From positions 992,001-1,056,000 of the forward strand of contig QPMI01000408.1 of assembly GCA_004431415.1 (NCBI GenBank): 64,000 bases of DNA, read 5' to 3'. Position 1 is the stretch's first letter; each line of letters opens with the position of its first letter. The translations under genes were made by a program, and so were the position numbers. Origin of the DNA: Cyanophora paradoxa CCMP329 (Eukaryota; Plantae; Glaucophyta). Under the pieces are notes generated by a model. The model saw only the letters and a program-made list of their open reading frames with translations. It was not told the origin of the DNA and made no database searches. Positions 59,696 through 64,000 of this stretch are shown piece after piece.

Positions 59696-62600
59696 CCCTT
59701 TGGATGATCGATCACCAATCGGCTTTTTTTTTGCAGGGTTGTCTTCAAGAAATGGGTGCGCATCGCCAATCGCGAGCGCTCGCCGAGTGTACATGAAAGC
59801 TCAGCATACATAGGTGCGGGTCGGGGAGAACAATTCGAAGAGCACCGGGTCATCGTTCACCGAGTTCGAGAGCGCATCGGAGGCGGTTGCGTCCTTCCAG
59901 GAGGCCTTTCTGGACAGGACCAAGAACGAGTGGCGGGTCAGCTCGCCCCCATCCGTTCTCGCAGCGCTCCGCTGAGCCTGGGCCTGCCATCTCGCAGGAC
60001 CGCGCGAACTTCTGCAAGAAGCCGGGTGCGTTCCACTGGACGATGCCCGTCCCTGTCGACGCCGCTTCGGGCCTGGTCAACACTGCCCACGTGTTCGTGC
60101 CGCTTATAAATACCGCCTCTTGGCTCCACCAACGGGAGAATCTGATTATAGTATCGGGGCGTGCACATTCGCAATATTACTTGGCAGATATGAGACGGAC
60201 ACTGGCGCCTTCTCGGCTTCGTTGGTGAAGGCGGAGCCGAACGGGAAGAAAAGCTACCACATCCTTCAGCTCCTCGAGTCGGAGAAGCAGGACGCGTGGT
60301 CCGCCGCCCTACCCGCCGCCGCCGTCCACTCGCGATCGGCCACCGAATCCGATGATCGTGCGTGCAGGTGGCTGTTCAAGAAATGGGTGCACGCCCGCCA
60401 GTGCGCCACGCACTGATGGACCCCGCCGAGCTCCTGGCAGCGGCAGGGCGGGGAAGACCGGACCCGTTCGTCACTCAGGGCGTACACGGCTGCCTCTGAG
60501 GCGAAGAAGGACTTCCAGGCGGCGTTCCTCGAGAAGACGCAGGTCGAATGGGACGTGCGCAGCAGTTCGTTTCATCCTCGTTCTCTGCTGCGCCGTCCAG
60601 CGCTGTCGACGTTAATGTTGCGGCAGGACCGAGAGGAGCTGCAAAAGCAAGCGGACTTTTACGCGACCGCGGGCTGTTATGTCTGGCTGGCTGCCGATCC
60701 CGACATGCCGGACGAGGACGGGACGAACCCAGCAACGCCGACCGCTTCGAAGGTAGACCCTTGCGGGCGCAAGCGCCGGGGCATCGTCGACGCCGAATCG
60801 AAACTTGTCGGCACCGCCCATGTGTAAGCGGCGCGCACGCCTGTGAACTTCGATTCTACCAGGCTTAATTATAAGGGCGGGGCTCGCGCGCCGCAGCTAC
60901 GAAACGGACCGCGACGTCTTCGCCGCAACTCTTTTGAGAGCGGACGTTTCGGGTCCAACAGGTAAATCGATTTTCTTTGGGGTCCCGCCTGCCCGACAAT
61001 GAGGTATTTTCGGCGCAGGGCAGAACAGTACCTACATCATCCAACTTCTCGAGTCTGACAAGAACGACGAATGGCGTGCTCTACTCCCCGCCCCTGCACC
61101 GCCCGCAGTCGAGCTCGCTGACTCTTGCTGCGCAGGTGGGTGTTCAAGAAGTGGGTGCGCACCGTCGGCTTGCCGCCCGCCATCACCCCTGGCCAAGCCT
61201 CCAATCCCATATCCACAGGGGCGGGTCGGAGAGGCGAGCCTCGGCTCATCGATCAAGAAGTATGACAGCTTGTCTGAGGCGGTGGCTGACTTCGAGCGAA
61301 CGTTCCAAGAGAAGACCAAGAACGAGTGGAAGGTGGGCCATTTGATTGCATACCTTCGAGTCTGCCGGTGCTCGATTCGAATTCAAGGCCGATGTTCGCC
61401 TTGCAGAACCGGAGCAGCTTCTGCAAGAAGTCGGGAGCGTACAACTGGCTGGACGTCATCACGGTTCCGGAGGCGGCTGCCGCGGAGTCCTTGGCGCCGG
61501 CTCTGCTTCTGCAGGAGCGCTCGAGACTGGACCCGCGCGTGCAGGAGCTCGTCCGGATGATCTTCGACAAGGACATGGTGCCCTCTAGATCTAGATTTCT
61601 GAATTAATGCCTGCCTCGCTCTGTGCTTGCCTTTGCCTTCTGCCGCCTTGCCCTTACCTTGCCGTGCGTGCGCAGCTGTCGCAGACGATGGTCGAATTGA
61701 AGCTCGACACACAGAAGCTTCCCCTAGGTGCCGCAGTGCCGCGGCCGTCGCTGCGATTCCCCGGCGCGCGCTGGCGCCGGCGCCGTCGTGAGGCGGTGCA
61801 TCGCATCGCAGGGAACCTGAAGATCGAGATCGTCGAGAAGGCATACCGCGTCCTGGGCGAGATCGCCTCCCTCCTTGCCGAGCGCGATAAGGTCGGACCC
61901 GGGCCCGCCGCAATGCACGAATTAAACACCGCAGCGGCCGCCCCTGGCCTAGGCACGAATTAAACACTGCAGCCGCCGCCCCTGGCCTAGGCACAAATTA
62001 AAAACTGCAGCCGCCGCCCCTGGCCTATGCCTCTTCTGACTGCTCCCGCGCGCTCAGGGCGTGCCGGAGCACCGGGCGCAGCGCCTGGAGGCGCAGATCA
62101 AGGACAGGAGCAACCAGTTCTACAACCTGGTCCCGCACGCGACCTCGCAGCGGGAGCAGCTCCCGCCGATCGCGAGCCCTGACGCCCTCAAGGCGAAGAC
62201 CGAGCTGCTGGACGCGCTGAAGGACATCGAGATCGCGCAGAGGCTCATGGCCGCCGGCTGGGACGCCGCGGCCTCGGGGGGCGTCATCAGCTGCAAGAAC
62301 CAAGTGGACGGCTACTACGACACGCTCCACACGGAGCTGCGCCCCGTCGAGCGCGGCGGCGAGGACTGGCGCCTCTGCGAGCACTACCTCCTCAGCACCC
62401 ACGCAGGTCTTCGCCTTACGCCTAGCATTACGCCTAGGACTGTGTTTCTGGATCTCCTCTTGAAATTAAACCGATCGGCAGACACGCACAGGAGGTACGG
62501 TCTGATTCTTCGCGATGCCTTCTACGTCTCGCGCGAGGTCAGCCTTCGAATTCTCGTCGTCGTCGTCGTCGTCGTCGGGCACCCCTCTTAACGGCCCGCG

Positions 62601-63576
62601 ATCGCGAAGGGCGAAGAGGCGCGATTCGCGCCGTCGAGGGGCATCCCGAACCACATGCTCCTGTGGCACGGCTCCCGCAAGTCGAACTACGTCGGGATCC
62701 TGAGCCAGGGCCTCCGCATCGCCCCGCCCGAGGCGCCCGTCACTGGCTACATGTTTGGTGCGCCAGCTGCAGTGCTTTCCCCTTGCGTGGTGGTCATTTG
62801 TTGGCTGATTGTTCTGGTGGTCATTTGTTGGCTGATTGTTCTGGTGGTCATTTGTTGGCTGATTGTTCTGTAGGGAAAGGCATCTACTTCGCAAACATGT
62901 AAGAGCACCGAAGATTTCGCCGCGTGGCGCGAGATCGAGATCGAGATCGAGGGCCCCGCAGGTCGAGCAAGTCGGCCAACTACTGCTTCTGCTCAGCGAA
63001 GAACAACGTCGGGCTGGTCCTCCTAAGCCAAGTGGCCGTGGGCAGGACGCACGAGCTGGTACACACAGACAATGCCCGCGTTTTATCCCTCGGCAGAGTT
63101 TAATTACGACTTGTTCAGGTCACCGCCGACTCGAGCCTCGCGAGGGCGCCGCCCGGCACGCAGTGCGTGCACGGGGTGGGCGGTACCACGCCCGATCCCG
63201 CCGCCGAGCGGACCTGGGGCCCCGACAAGATCCGCGTGCCCTGCGGCAAGGGCGTCCCGAGCAAGGTCGGCCCTGCCATATATATAAGGCGCGCGCGGTC
63301 GAGGGCGCCTCAGCTCAGCGGGTGGGGGAGCAGGTCAGGGGGAGTACGTCGCTTCTCTACGACGAGTTCATCGTACGCGCCCGTCCGATCAATTTCCGTT
63401 CGATAGGCTATCTAACCTATAATCTAGTTGCGGCCCTCTTGCTAAAGCGAATCCGAGTCTCTGCGCGTGCCGCTTTCATTTGTGATCTTCGAGTCCCGCA
63501 GGTCTACGACGTCTCGCAGGTCGTGCTCCGGTTCCTCCTCAAGGTCGAGTTCGACTACGGGCGGGGGAGAAACTAA
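56529..63576 (+). CDS. PARP1: Poly(ADP-ribose) polymerase, PARP1 family: zf-PARP, PADR1, BRCT, 3x WGR, regulatory and catalytic domains (multi-exon)
   Basis: [20 protein letters not shown] (zf-PARP); VADGL|[21 protein letters not shown]|TAC (PADR1); [10 protein letters not shown] (BRCT); three WGR-type repeats; [18 protein letters not shown]|[24 protein letters not shown] (regulatory); [23 protein letters not shown]|GKGIYFANM|[16 protein letters not shown]|YD (H-Y-E triad intact). Confidence 0.95.
61914..62026 (+). repeat. Intronic ~38-bp tandem repeat x3
   Basis: GCAC(G/A)AATTAAA(C/A)AC(C/T)GCAGC(G/C)GCCGCCCCTGGCCTA(G) x3 inside a PARP intron. Confidence 0.85.
62789..62870 (+). repeat. Intronic 27-bp tandem repeat x3
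   Basis: TGGTGGTCATTTGTTGGCTGATTGTTC x3, each containing a branch-point-like GCTGAT, in the intron between GYMF and GKGIYFA. Confidence 0.9.
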
Positions 63577-64000
63577 TTGTAAACAGCGTCTATTCCAGCG
63601 AGGAAAGCGTCGACGTTGCATCCGATATCCGATTGCATTGTGGCACTTTTCGTTCTCGAGCTCCGAGTGCGATTATAAGTCTCATTTTTCTGATTAGTAT
63701 ACGTGTGCGCGTGTGTAAATCGATGTTCATATCGATATCTTAGCGAGCTTGTGAGGATGTTCTGTATCTATTCAATTCATTCATAGCATGTGCATGTATG
63801 GTTTTTAATTCGGGGAGATTGGGGGGTACGGAAAATTTGCGGTAGCGCGACGATTACGGCGGCGCAGCGGGCCAGGTTTCCCACCCGTGGGTTCCTGATA
63901 ACGCTGCGTGTCAAGCTGCTCGGAAAGTCGCGCGCCAGCTCCACCCGACCCCCGTAGCCAGAACGCGCTAGATAGACCAGCCGGGCGTGCACGGACAGCC

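Overview
GC-rich eukaryotic (algal/protist-type) genomic DNA with many short (~50-100 nt) GT/GC-AG introns. Intron style and gene content recall the glaucophyte Cyanophora, but that is inference. Most long ORFs in the supplied track are artefacts of GC-rich repeats or antisense frames. (1) ~1-12.5 kb looks accessory or mobile. It holds two lower-GC spliced minus-strand genes (one ending in a Ulp1/C48-like cysteine protease), two different ~120-bp tandem-repeat arrays, a duplicated tRNA-like (T-arm/B-box) element heading the second array, and palindromes plus a tandem pair of 13-bp hairpins at the right edge. (2) 13-21.3 kb has a hypothetical gene, an F-box/LRR-like gene and a cytochrome P450. 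(3) 22.4-53.6 kb appears to be one giant (~31 kb) spliced gene for a type-I membrane protein with PKD-like, Cys-rich, IPT/TIG, Ig/filamin-like and REJ-like segments, a Ser-Pro stalk and duplicated modules. (4) 54.4-55.3 kb is a degenerate, truncated histone H3-like gene broken by a minisatellite. It lies head-to-head with (5) a PARP1-family gene with one zinc finger and three tandem WGR domains. Exon boundaries were read by eye and are approximate.
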